A stretch of 64,000 bases of DNA from positions 2,870-66,869 of the forward strand of contig CAYOSQ010000010.1 of assembly GCA_964406665.1 (NCBI GenBank), in the 5' to 3' direction. The notes under the pieces are model-generated. The model saw nothing but the letters and a program-made list of their open reading frames with translations. It had not been told where the DNA came from and did not search any database. Source of the DNA: an uncultured Planctomycetia bacterium (GTDB lineage Bacteria; Omnitrophota; Gorgyraeia; VGKH01; JBHPFN01). The translations under genes and the position numbers were made by a program. This document shows positions 20,186 to 29,610 of this stretch, piece by piece; position 1 is the first letter of the stretch, and the number at the start of each line of letters is the position of its first letter.

Positions 20186-21307
20186 CTAACACAAATGTGA
20201 CCTAATACTAAATAAAGAACTTAACTCGCTATGACAAGGAAAAAAACACTCCCGACATTTAGCAAGACTACTTCTAATATCCCCGTACTGTTTCGAATAC
20301 CATAATTTCTTCAAAGTACCGTTATCAATATGATCAATTGCTTTACCCATTTCTACATAACCCTGACATGGAAAAATATTGCCATAACAATCAACATAAA
20401 GAGAGCTATAATCGACATAACACTTAATCGGCAATTCTCCCCCCCTAAATTGATGTTTCATTAACTTTAAACCATAAATAGAATTATCTATGAAATCAGA
20501 TTTCTTCTTATGTTCAATTAAAACATCCATAGATCTATCAATCTCTTCTTGCAACTGCAGAGTAATTTTAGGCATGTTATTATTAAGCTCAACATTGTCT
20601 TTTATGGCCATAGATTCAAACCCAATAAAACTAATATTATCTACCCCTAAATTCCTGGCGGTTTCAATCATTTCTAAAATATATTTATGATTTTCAGAAG
20701 TAATACACATTGAGACTATTAATTTGGTATTGTACTTACCTTCGTTTCTCTCCTTAACAATGTTCTGAATTCCTTTAACGGCTTTAGAAAAAGACCCTTC
20801 AACTCCTCGAATTGCATCATGGATTTTTGCATCAGGAGCATCAAGAGAAATTTGAACACTAGAAACACCAGTATCTAGAATCTTCTTTGATCTCTCTGCG
20901 TCAAGAAGCACTCCATTAGTTCCAACACTTGTTAAAATCTTCTTACTTTGTGCGTACACTATTAGCTTTTCTAAATCATGGTACAATAACGGCTCTCCTC
21001 CGGTAAATCCTATGCCGCTTACACCAAGCTCTGCGTATTGATCAATAATAATCTTAAAATCAGCCACATCCATTTCTTTACTAAAAAGCTTAGAATATCG
21101 ATTATTTTTGCTGACATAATCACACATAATACACTGTAAATTACACCTATAAGTAACAATAATTCCACCAAGTATAGGGCCAGATAAAGGACGTCTAATC
21201 TTGGAACCAGCAAAAACGAGAAAGTATTTCTTAATTTGTTTTTTCAACCAATTAAAATCTTTACTAGAGATTTTATTTTTTATTACTCTATAATGCCGTG
21301 TTTTCAT
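20186..21307 (-). CDS. Radical SAM protein with C-terminal SPASM/twitch domain
   Basis: TYRCNLQCIMC, FTGGEPLL, ISLD..HDAIRG; auxiliary cysteines CYVDYSSLYVDCYGNIFPC...CRECFFPC. Confidence 0.9.
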   Translation of the reverse strand: MKTRHYRVIKNKISSKDFNWLKKQIKKYFLVFAGSKIRRPLSGPILGGIIVTYRCNLQCIMCDYVSKNNRYSKLFSKEMDVADFKIIIDQYAELGVSGIGFTGGEPLLYHDLEKLIVYAQSKKILTSVGTNGVLLDAERSKKILDTGVSSVQISLDAPDAKIHDAIRGVEGSFSKAVKGIQNIVKERNEGKYNTKLIVSMCITSENHKYILEMIETARNLGVDNISFIGFESMAIKDNVELNNNMPKITLQLQEEIDRSMDVLIEHKKKSDFIDNSIYGLKLMKHQFRGGELPIKCYVDYSSLYVDCYGNIFPCQGYVEMGKAIDHIDNGTLKKLWYSKQYGDIRSSLAKCRECFFPCHSELSSLFSIRSHLC

Positions 21308-21944
21308 GTGTTAAGTCTATTTTTTGTAAAATCAAACACGCGCTCTTCCAAGAACGCAGTGACTGAACTAATTTAAAACCTACAATATTTTTCAAAGGGT
21401 TTTTCTCCCAAAATAGAGACAACTCTTCTTTTTCTTCGTCTGATCTTAATCTCCATTGCTTTAAAACCTTTACCGGCAAAACAAATGATGTAAAATACAA
21501 AAATTTTCTGAAAAAAGTATTGGAAGGTTCGTGAAAAAAAATAAATCCATTCGGCTTCAAACATCTATTCATTTCTTTTAAAGCCATAGCATATTCTTCC
21601 TCAGAAATTAAATGATGAAATGCATTTATCAGGATAAGTGAATCAAAAGAATTATCGCGAAATGACATCGCTGTCATAGATCCTTTTACAAAAGGAAAAT
21701 CTATAACTTTTTCATAATCTACAATATCTATTCCCCAAACATTCTCATAACCACATTTTTTAATTGCCTTTATCGCAGAACCATCTCCGCAACCAATTTC
21801 CAGCACAGAAGAATCAAATTTAAGCCTATCGCATATTCCTAGCCTACGAAGCCTTTTAGCATACAATAAATCAAGAAATTTTCTATATTTATTGCTACTT
21901 TCCTTAAAAGCATTATCCCAAGATGTTTGATTTTTAATCGGCAT
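21288..21944 (-). CDS. Class I SAM-dependent methyltransferase
   Basis: VLEIGCGDG, GIDI, FDSL..FHHL, RCLKPNG. Confidence 0.88.
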   Translation of the reverse strand: MPIKNQTSWDNAFKESSNKYRKFLDLLYAKRLRRLGICDRLKFDSSVLEIGCGDGSAIKAIKKCGYENVWGIDIVDYEKVIDFPFVKGSMTAMSFRDNSFDSLILINAFHHLISEEEYAMALKEMNRCLKPNGFIFFHEPSNTFFRKFLYFTSFVLPVKVLKQWRLRSDEEKEELSLFWEKNPLKNIVGFKLVQSLRSWKSACLILQKIDLTHENTAL

Positions 21945-21992
21945 AATATTCTTTTCTTATCCTAAGCAAACTATTAAATAAAACTAGCGATA

Positions 21993-22967
21993 CTATTTTT
22001 TCTTTTTACTAATCTCCGCATAAATTCGTATTAATTCACGATGCAAATTTCTTATTTGGGAAGAAAGCAAAGAAAACACCATAACAAGCAAACCAACAAT
22101 TAAACAAACAAAAGAGTAGACTGGAAAATAAGGGATATTTAATAAACTAAAACCAATCACCTTAAAGAAAACTATTGTTGCTATTCCGATACATCCAAGA
22201 ATAAAAAACATTAATCCAAGCAAACCAACAAAATGAAGAGGAGATTCTACAAAGCTGAAATAGAGATGTGATAAAATTAATCTTTTTGCTTCAAAATTTT
22301 GCTTACGCTCTCCTTGCTTCCTTCTTTTTTTCCATGAAATAACTCCTGGAATCTCTTTGATTTTTGCACCAATTGCAAGCAAGTTAGAAATTATTTCTAG
22401 ATGAATCTCTTTTCCATCCATCTGAAGAATCATGCTTTCAATTATCTCTTTTTTGTATCCTCTTGTCATTCCGGTTACCATTGTTAATTTAACCGGTAGC
22501 CCAAATGTAAGAATTTTGTTTCCAATTCTAGAAAGAAATCTTCTCTTTAGAGGCACATTAATTAAGCCGTTTTTTTGAATATAAGGAGAAACGATAACGG
22601 CATCTATGTCGTTTGAAACTAATGAATCAAAAATCTTTCTAATGATACCTTCTCCCCAACTCAAATCTGACTCTGTAGTTATTATATATTTGCCCTGGGC
22701 ATGACTAAAACCTTTACGTAACGCAAAGCCTCGACCTCTGTTAGGGCTATATGAAATCACGCATGCATTTGGTTCTTCCATTAATGCTTTTTCAGCCTGT
22801 TCTCTTGTATCATCAATACTTCCATCATCAATAGCAAAAAGTTCCCACGTTACATCCATTTCTTTTAACACCTTCAATACAGATACAAGATCGGCATAAA
22901 TATTTTCAGCTTCATTATACATCGGGAGAATAACGCTTATTTCTGGCTTGTTGTTATCTTTATTCAT
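21993..22967 (-). CDS. GT2, polyprenyl-phosphate glycosyltransferase type (ArnC/GtrB/DPM1-like) with two C-terminal TM helices
   Basis: ISVILPMYNE, IDDGSIDDT, NRGRGFALRKG, TTESDLS, two C-terminal hydrophobic helices. Confidence 0.85.
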   Translation of the reverse strand: MNKDNNKPEISVILPMYNEAENIYADLVSVLKVLKEMDVTWELFAIDDGSIDDTREQAEKALMEEPNACVISYSPNRGRGFALRKGFSHAQGKYIITTESDLSWGEGIIRKIFDSLVSNDIDAVIVSPYIQKNGLINVPLKRRFLSRIGNKILTFGLPVKLTMVTGMTRGYKKEIIESMILQMDGKEIHLEIISNLLAIGAKIKEIPGVISWKKRRKQGERKQNFEAKRLILSHLYFSFVESPLHFVGLLGLMFFILGCIGIATIVFFKVIGFSLLNIPYFPVYSFVCLIVGLLVMVFSLLSSQIRNLHRELIRIYAEISKKKK

Positions 22968-23056
22968 CTTATTTCTCCTTTAATAATTTTGGCGCTACCT
23001 GTTTCTAAATCTGCTTTAGTCCTGCCATCCGATGAGCTTTTTTAAACCTATTCTCA

Positions 23057-24451
23057 TTACTTTTTTTGATACCAGGGTTTACCAAAGATGTTGCGCAAAG
23101 AATCTACAATTATACCTGGATTTTTTAAAACATGCTTAAAGCTGACTACGGGATTCTCTAAAGCTAATCTTAATCGCTGGAAAGCAGAAAACCTAAGCCA
23201 CTTATCTAGAGCTTCCATCCTCTCTTGACTGGTAAAATCCTCGGTGTCAAATAAAACGGATTGAGTAGAATACCATGTTTCATAGTCTCTATTTATCCAA
23301 CGACCGTTTTGCTCAACCCAAATAAATAAATCTGTTCCAGGAAATGGAGTGGCAATTGCTGGAGAAACTAAATTTACTTTATGTTTCTTTACATAGCGCA
23401 TTGTCTCCATGCTTCTATCATAAGTATCTCCTGGCATGCCGATTGTTATAAAAGCATTTACGATAAAACCACATGATCTAGCTAAGGCAATAGCATTAGC
23501 TATACTATCGGGAGTAGTTTTCTTTCTCATGCCGGCTAGAACCTCAGGAACCGCAGACTCCAAACCAAACCACAAACTCTTCACTCCAAGTTGTTTCAAA
23601 AGATCAAAAACTTCCTTATCAATAATATCCATTCTAGTGCCATGATTAAGATTAAGCATAACTTTATCTTTATAGCCATTTTCTATTATCAAACTGCAAA
23701 TTGCTTTAAATCTTTCTTTGCTAATAAGCGGATTATCATCCATAAACCTAATCGTATCAACGCCAAAATCATCAACTAACTCTTTTATAACATCAAAGAC
23801 ATATTCAGGAGAATGGGGCCTCCAACTTCTACCAAATTGCTGTGAACAAAAAACACAATTAAACGGACACCCTCTACTAGACGTAATAGTTCCCTTGACT
23901 ACATATTTATCCATAGGCAATAATGACCAATCTATTTTAGGTATCCGATCTACCTCTTGGATAAACGACCTGGGTTCGTTGATAATCGCTGAACCGTCTT
24001 CTGACCTGAATATTAAACCGTCTAATTTAGCTAAATCGCCCCTACTATTCAATGCTTTTACTAAAGCAAATAGAGTCTCCTCACCTTCTCCGATGACCAC
24101 AAAGTCTAAGCTTAAAGAAAATGCCCCTGCCTTTATCGCAGATGCATGCGGACCACCTAAAACAATATGAATTGAAGAATCAATTTTTCTAATATGCTCT
24201 AACAATAAACGGATATCCCTAGCCATAGTTGTTACACCCGTAACACCTATTAGATCAGGCTTAAAGGAATTTATGAGAATCTCTAAATCGACATCTTCAA
24301 CTGAAAGATCTACAACCTTAACATTGATTTCAGGTAACTTATGCTTAAGATAAGTAGCTACATATCCTAAGCCCAAAGGTGGAGAGAAATTTAATGCCCC
24401 TCCCGCTGGCTGTAGAAATAATACGTTGTTAATTTTTCTTTTCTTTAACAT
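23057..24451 (-). CDS. Cobalamin-binding-domain radical SAM protein
   Basis: PPLGLGYVA, GGPHAS, GEGEET, SSRGCPFNCVFC, FGLES, PFPGT. Confidence 0.92.
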   Translation of the reverse strand: MLKKRKINNVLFLQPAGGALNFSPPLGLGYVATYLKHKLPEINVKVVDLSVEDVDLEILINSFKPDLIGVTGVTTMARDIRLLLEHIRKIDSSIHIVLGGPHASAIKAGAFSLSLDFVVIGEGEETLFALVKALNSRGDLAKLDGLIFRSEDGSAIINEPRSFIQEVDRIPKIDWSLLPMDKYVVKGTITSSRGCPFNCVFCSQQFGRSWRPHSPEYVFDVIKELVDDFGVDTIRFMDDNPLISKERFKAICSLIIENGYKDKVMLNLNHGTRMDIIDKEVFDLLKQLGVKSLWFGLESAVPEVLAGMRKKTTPDSIANAIALARSCGFIVNAFITIGMPGDTYDRSMETMRYVKKHKVNLVSPAIATPFPGTDLFIWVEQNGRWINRDYETWYSTQSVLFDTEDFTSQERMEALDKWLRFSAFQRLRLALENPVVSFKHVLKNPGIIVDSLRNIFGKPWYQKK

Positions 24452-24454
24452 ATC

Positions 24455-26050
24455 CTAAGACTCACTAGTAACTTTATTTGCGATATCCGAGCTTAATTCC
24501 TTTTCTGGATTTCTGATAGATACATTTGAGATATCTTTTCGAGTAATCATCTTTATAATCATATTCATGGGAAAGCTTATCAATTTAAACATATACTTCA
24601 AATCTTCAATAGATTTTATTTTTCTAAGAATATTTACGTATGTTTGAAATGAAAATATTTTATATTTGAGAAACTCTTTGTACAAATTGGATAAAATGTG
24701 CTGTAATTCTTCGTTAGAAAAATGTAAAGATTTAAAACCATTACAATAGGTAATGCTAATCTTATACCAATCTTCAGAATGCGGATCTATATAGCTATCT
24801 AAATCTATAAGACCCTGCTCTTTGAATATCTTATATACTTCAGTACCAGGCTGTGGCGTAAGTAAATATACGATTGCAAAATCCATATTTGTACTTTTAA
24901 TGAAATCAATGGTTGCCCGTATTTCTTTCATAGTATCGTGTGGAAAACCGATTATAAACGTTCCGCTGGTCCAAAAACCTATTCTGTTAGCATCAGCTAT
25001 AACCTCTTTAGCCTTGTTTAAATTTATTCTTTTCTTGATTATCTTCTGACATTCCTGATCCCCTGTCTCTAATCCAAAACAAAGCCTGTAAAAACCCGCT
25101 CTTTTCATTTTCTGCAAAATTTCTTTATCTAATGTAGCGATGGCAATACCTGTTGGCGTTGCTACTTTTATATTTAAATTACGCGCAAGTATTTCATCGC
25201 AAATTTCATGCATCCTTTTCTTTGAAACAGAGCTATTATCATCAACAAAATGAAATTCACAACAGCCAAACTTATTCTTAAGAAACTCAATCTCATCAAC
25301 TATATTCTTTGCACTTCTAGCTCTCCATTTTCTCGACCAAACAAGCTTAACTGAACAAAAATAGCAATCGTTAGGACAACCTCTGCTTGTTAGAATATAA
25401 CCAATAGGTCTTCTCATAAGAAACTTATTCTTCTTGTGCTCTTGCCAAATTGTCTCTAATTCTTCTTCAAGCAGATCCCAGGCAGGGAATGGTATCTCAT
25501 CTAAATTCTCAATAAATTCCCTGGCAGATTCTTTTTTTACAACTCCATTTTCTCTATAAGATATACCTTTAACACCCTCAAGCTTTTCCCTATCCTGATA
25601 ACTTCTTAGAAGCTCTACTATAGTCCTCTCGCCCTCTCCAATTACCGCAACATCAACATTAGAATCTTTCATAACTGAATCAGGAAATATAGACGCATGA
25701 GCTCCACCAAATATAACAAAAATATCTTTATTATACTCTTTAACTATCCTAGCAATATTATGGGCATCCTTAAAATATGAAGTAAACATACTAGAAATAC
25801 CAACAACTTCAGGATTAAAAGATTTTATCTCCTCTAGAATTTGTTCATCTGGAATCCCATGCCTTCTAAAATCTGAATCTACTGCAAAATTAGCGAGGGA
25901 AGACTTTAAACAATCTAGAATCTTCACTGTGTGTCCAGCTTTCTGAAGAACCGAGCCAATATAACCTAATCCTACCAAGGCAGATTTTGAAGGCGGGCTT
26001 ACATCTAACCTATGTAAAGTAATCGGAGGATAAATAAGCAATACTCTCAA
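24455..26050 (-). CDS. Cobalamin-binding-domain radical SAM protein (TTG start)
   Basis: GLGYIGS, GGAHAS, GEGERT, TSRGCPNDCYFC, FGLETG, PQPGT. Confidence 0.92.
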   Translation of the reverse strand: MRVLLIYPPITLHRLDVSPPSKSALVGLGYIGSVLQKAGHTVKILDCLKSSLANFAVDSDFRRHGIPDEQILEEIKSFNPEVVGISSMFTSYFKDAHNIARIVKEYNKDIFVIFGGAHASIFPDSVMKDSNVDVAVIGEGERTIVELLRSYQDREKLEGVKGISYRENGVVKKESAREFIENLDEIPFPAWDLLEEELETIWQEHKKNKFLMRRPIGYILTSRGCPNDCYFCSVKLVWSRKWRARSAKNIVDEIEFLKNKFGCCEFHFVDDNSSVSKKRMHEICDEILARNLNIKVATPTGIAIATLDKEILQKMKRAGFYRLCFGLETGDQECQKIIKKRINLNKAKEVIADANRIGFWTSGTFIIGFPHDTMKEIRATIDFIKSTNMDFAIVYLLTPQPGTEVYKIFKEQGLIDLDSYIDPHSEDWYKISITYCNGFKSLHFSNEELQHILSNLYKEFLKYKIFSFQTYVNILRKIKSIEDLKYMFKLISFPMNMIIKMITRKDISNVSIRNPEKELSSDIANKVTSES

Positions 26051-26119
26051 TTTTTATATCCCTCTTATTAATATATTTAATTTATATACCATAATTACAA
26101 CCACCCCTTTTTAACACTC

Positions 26120-26866
26120 TTATTTCGACAAAACGAACATAGCTATGCCAAAATTATTAGCATCTCTGTCAAATGCAAAAGCCTCATCACAAACCAACCA
26201 ACGCCTTCCATCAAAATATCGATACTCTACTTCCAAAAATTTACCTAGAGACATTAATTCTTTTAAACGCTTTGACCCATAACGAACTTCCCCGTCCAAC
26301 TCACATGTATTTCTACAGATATTAGTAGTAATTATTAAACGGCCTCCCGGTTTAAGTATTCGAAGCATTTGTTCAACTGCAATAGTATCTCCACCTTTAG
26401 GGCTTTTGGGATCACCATATTTGCCCATACCTACATGCTCAATTACAGAAATACAAGATATGCCATCAAAGGAATTTTCTTCGATTTGTAAATCCATTAT
26501 ATTTCCTTGATAGAAAATAATCGATTTAGGGAATGGAGATTTCGGAGACCTTTGGTCTAAACAAAAAGTCTTATAGCCAGTAGAATTAAGCTTATAGGGA
26601 AAAAGGCTTGTAGTAGAACCGATATCGATTACCTTGGCAGGAGGGTTAGGTAATTTTTTTAATACAAATTGCCACTCTACCAATCTTGGATAATTAACTC
26701 CACCAATAAAAGGCAGCATTTTGTATACTCCAACAAGAATATTAAACCTCACAGGATTTAACCTAGGAACATCTAACTTGTTCCACAATCTTCCAAAAGA
26801 ATTTACAATTGTCTGCTTCATGCTCTCTCCAAAACTATTTTTTCCTGCAATCATTTCTTCAAACAA
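26120..26866 (-). CDS. Class I methyltransferase-like protein (DUF268-related)
   Basis: RLVEWQFV..VIDIGS, CISVIEHVGMGKYGDP, RILKPGG. Confidence 0.75.
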   Translation of the reverse strand: MFEEMIAGKNSFGESMKQTIVNSFGRLWNKLDVPRLNPVRFNILVGVYKMLPFIGGVNYPRLVEWQFVLKKLPNPPAKVIDIGSTTSLFPYKLNSTGYKTFCLDQRSPKSPFPKSIIFYQGNIMDLQIEENSFDGISCISVIEHVGMGKYGDPKSPKGGDTIAVEQMLRILKPGGRLIITTNICRNTCELDGEVRYGSKRLKELMSLGKFLEVEYRYFDGRRWLVCDEAFAFDRDANNFGIAMFVLSK

Positions 26867-27537
26867 AGCAAAGCCAGACCATATCTAGAAGCGCTTCCCT
26901 TAAAAGTTTCGCCATGTTCGCCACTGCATTCACACCAATCATCATTTTTATTAAGACAATAAAACTTTTGTTCAATAATCTCAAAACCAGAAGAAATAAT
27001 TTTGATTCCAGCTAAATTATATATTCTCTGGTAAGGAGCAAAAACTTCAGCCTTACCAAACGGCACTGTTATTATTGCCCTACCCCCTGGTTTTAATACT
27101 CTTTTTATCTCTTCAACCATCTTGATATCACCTTCAGAATCATCCCCAGAACCATATCTTCCTTTTAATCCTATGTGCTCCAATACTGAAATGCACGTAA
27201 CCACGTCAAAACCTTCTTCTTGAAGGCTATGTTCACAAATATTTTTCTGCAAAAAAGTAAAATTATTGAATTTAACTTTATTAAGAATTTTATAAGGACG
27301 AATATCACATCCAGTAACATCATAACCAAGCGAAGATACTATTAAAGGAAAAAAGCTACCAGCACTACCAACATCCAAAATTTTAGCGGGTAATTTAGGC
27401 AGATTCTTAAAGACGAACGGATACTCCAGATATCTATCTGTAGGCCTTAGCGGCTCACTTGCAAAATACTCCGGAAAAATCTTAGTAAGTACCTTAATTC
27501 CTGTTCCTGCGATAAACTTATATACTTTTTCCTTCAT
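26851..27537 (-). CDS. Class I methyltransferase-like protein (DUF268-related)
   Basis: RYLEYPFV..ILDVGSAG, CISVLEHIGLKGRYG, RVLKPGG..ITVPFG. Confidence 0.8.
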   Translation of the reverse strand: MKEKVYKFIAGTGIKVLTKIFPEYFASEPLRPTDRYLEYPFVFKNLPKLPAKILDVGSAGSFFPLIVSSLGYDVTGCDIRPYKILNKVKFNNFTFLQKNICEHSLQEEGFDVVTCISVLEHIGLKGRYGSGDDSEGDIKMVEEIKRVLKPGGRAIITVPFGKAEVFAPYQRIYNLAGIKIISSGFEIIEQKFYCLNKNDDWCECSGEHGETFKGSASRYGLALLCLKK

Positions 27538-27559
27538 CTTTTATTTTCTCCTAAAACTA

Positions 27560-29593
27560 TTAAATTTTTACAAAAATGATAAAACTATTCCAACTTAAAG
27601 GATATTTTGAAAAACAGCTCATGAGCAGCTTTTGTAAATAGATCTTACAAATAACCAAAACTTTAATAACTCCTTTAAGATTTTTTCTTATATAAGAAAC
27701 GTAAGAACTCCAATTCTCGTTATTAGAATAAATTTCATCTCCGCTTACTAGCGATATACAGCTTGCTCCACTTTTATGAAAAATTGTTCTGTAAAGCTTC
27801 ATACTATGCATTGTTTCATTAATTGTTGTATTTAGATTCATGAACCTGGAAAGAAGCCTGCTTACTATTCTACTTATAACTATCATAGGGTTATCTCCAC
27901 AGGGTTCATTAATTGCGATAATGTTTCTTCTGGCAACTCTCATCAACTCACCGGAACATCTATCAAGACTTGGAAGATGGTGTAAAACTCCATTCAAAAA
28001 TACAAAATCAAAGGAATTAGTTTGAAAAGGTAAAAATTCCAAATCCAGATTTACTTTTGAACACTCTATATCATCTTTAAAATTTTTAAGCTGAGCAAAG
28101 GCAATGTCTCCTAAAAAAGAATTTATTGTTAAGTTCGGATATGATTTGCGCAAGGCGCTTGTAAACATACCATCACTTCCTACTTCTAGAATGTTTACAT
28201 TAACTAAGCTAGACAAATCTAATTGTCGCTCGATAAACTTAATAGCTCTATCAAGCACATCCTCTTGATGCTTTACTTGATGCTCTGCGTCAACATCTAC
28301 CCTTGCAATGCTTTGATTAAGATTGTCATAAAATTCTTTTTCTGCCTCTTTATTCTGCATCCTTTCTTTTCTAAATCGAGATACAGAAACATCTTCTTGA
28401 ATTTTATCAATATGTTTAGCCTCTTCAAATGCAGTATTGAAAATATTTTCAGCCAAACAATAGGGCCTAAATTTCTGGATACCTTCTAGATAAGACTGAA
28501 CTCTTTCTTTGTTTGAGAATAATCTTTCAACAGTATCAACAAAATTATCAACATCATAATTAATCATTTCTCCGGCTCCTAAATCAGATATCAATTTTGC
28601 AACCCAGGGAGCAGAAGTGATGATTATTGGTAAATCTAATAATGCATAAAGTTTAGGCTTTCCTGGATCAGCGTATAAAGAATTATCCGCTTTATCTCCA
28701 GTCCAAGTAGCTAATCCAACCATACAGCGTGAAAGGATATCAAAAACTTCCTCATCATCTTTAACAAAACCATGAAATATAAAATGGTCTTCCATTCCGT
28801 TTTCTTTCACCATCTGTTTTAACTGTGGAGCATAGGGACCATGACCAATAACCCTTACCTTAATTTTGGGAAATTTTTTAATTAGCTTTGGCATAGCAGT
28901 AATTACCATCTGCAATCCCTGATTTTCAGTGAGGGTACCCACAAAACCAAGAGTCCATTCCTCCCTTTCTTCAACATTTAATTTTCTCTGCACATAATCA
29001 GCATAGCCCAAAGGAACAATCTGCTGAGGATAAGAATTTTTCGGGATTCCGGCAAAAATCTCTCTCGCTTGGGCGATTCGCGGAGTTAGCTCCCAAACTA
29101 CATCAACACGTTTAATAAGCCATCTATCTAAAGCCTTATAAATTGGATAAATAAAACTATTAAAACTAAACTTTGGTGGCGGAGGATAATAATCAAGACA
29201 ATAATAGATAACTTTATTTACTTTTTTTATTTTTTTCAACAGTATTGCTAATAAAGATGGAAAAGTAGCAACTCCTACACATAAATCAAACTTTTCTTTC
29301 AATCTTAAACCAGCAAAAAAAGTTGCCCAAACATATAAAGCAAAAGAAATACTCATCAAAGGACGATTCCACCATTTTACACTTTTAATGCTAAAGCTAG
29401 GAAGACAGAATTCCTTAACTTTTTCTCCATTTTCAAATAAAGAACAACGAGATTCACTATGAGTTGCAAATGGACTCATAAGACCAATTACGCCTAATTT
29501 CTTAACTTTCTTTAAGAAATATTCTTCCAGCGTTTCAGTACGGCTAGTTTTTAGCTGCCCGATTACCAGAATTTTTTTATCTTTTACATCCAT
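27560..29593 (-). CDS. GT4 glycosyltransferase fused to a C-terminal class I methyltransferase domain
   Basis: GT-B part: FVGTLTENQG, VIGHGP, KPKLYALLDLPIIIT. MTase part: ILEVGSDG, LPFQTNSFDFVFLNGVLHHL, INEP. Confidence 0.82.
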   Translation of the reverse strand: MDVKDKKILVIGQLKTSRTETLEEYFLKKVKKLGVIGLMSPFATHSESRCSLFENGEKVKEFCLPSFSIKSVKWWNRPLMSISFALYVWATFFAGLRLKEKFDLCVGVATFPSLLAILLKKIKKVNKVIYYCLDYYPPPPKFSFNSFIYPIYKALDRWLIKRVDVVWELTPRIAQAREIFAGIPKNSYPQQIVPLGYADYVQRKLNVEEREEWTLGFVGTLTENQGLQMVITAMPKLIKKFPKIKVRVIGHGPYAPQLKQMVKENGMEDHFIFHGFVKDDEEVFDILSRCMVGLATWTGDKADNSLYADPGKPKLYALLDLPIIITSAPWVAKLISDLGAGEMINYDVDNFVDTVERLFSNKERVQSYLEGIQKFRPYCLAENIFNTAFEEAKHIDKIQEDVSVSRFRKERMQNKEAEKEFYDNLNQSIARVDVDAEHQVKHQEDVLDRAIKFIERQLDLSSLVNVNILEVGSDGMFTSALRKSYPNLTINSFLGDIAFAQLKNFKDDIECSKVNLDLEFLPFQTNSFDFVFLNGVLHHLPSLDRCSGELMRVARRNIIAINEPCGDNPMIVISRIVSRLLSRFMNLNTTINETMHSMKLYRTIFHKSGASCISLVSGDEIYSNNENWSSYVSYIRKNLKGVIKVLVICKIYLQKLLMSCFSKYPLSWNSFIIFVKI

Positions 29594-29610
29594 AATTACT
29601 TATCGCTTTA

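Noticed and set aside
20439-20445. G7 tract (C7 on plus) in the SPASM radical SAM as a phase-variation switch
   Set aside because: It is shorter than typical contingency tracts, the gene is in frame, and no similar long tracts occur in the other tailoring genes.
23057-23067. A_AAA_AAG slippery heptamer just before the stop of the radical SAM gene
   Set aside because: Lys-Lys codons are very common in this AT-rich genome, no stimulatory hairpin is evident, and a -1 shift would add only a short tail.
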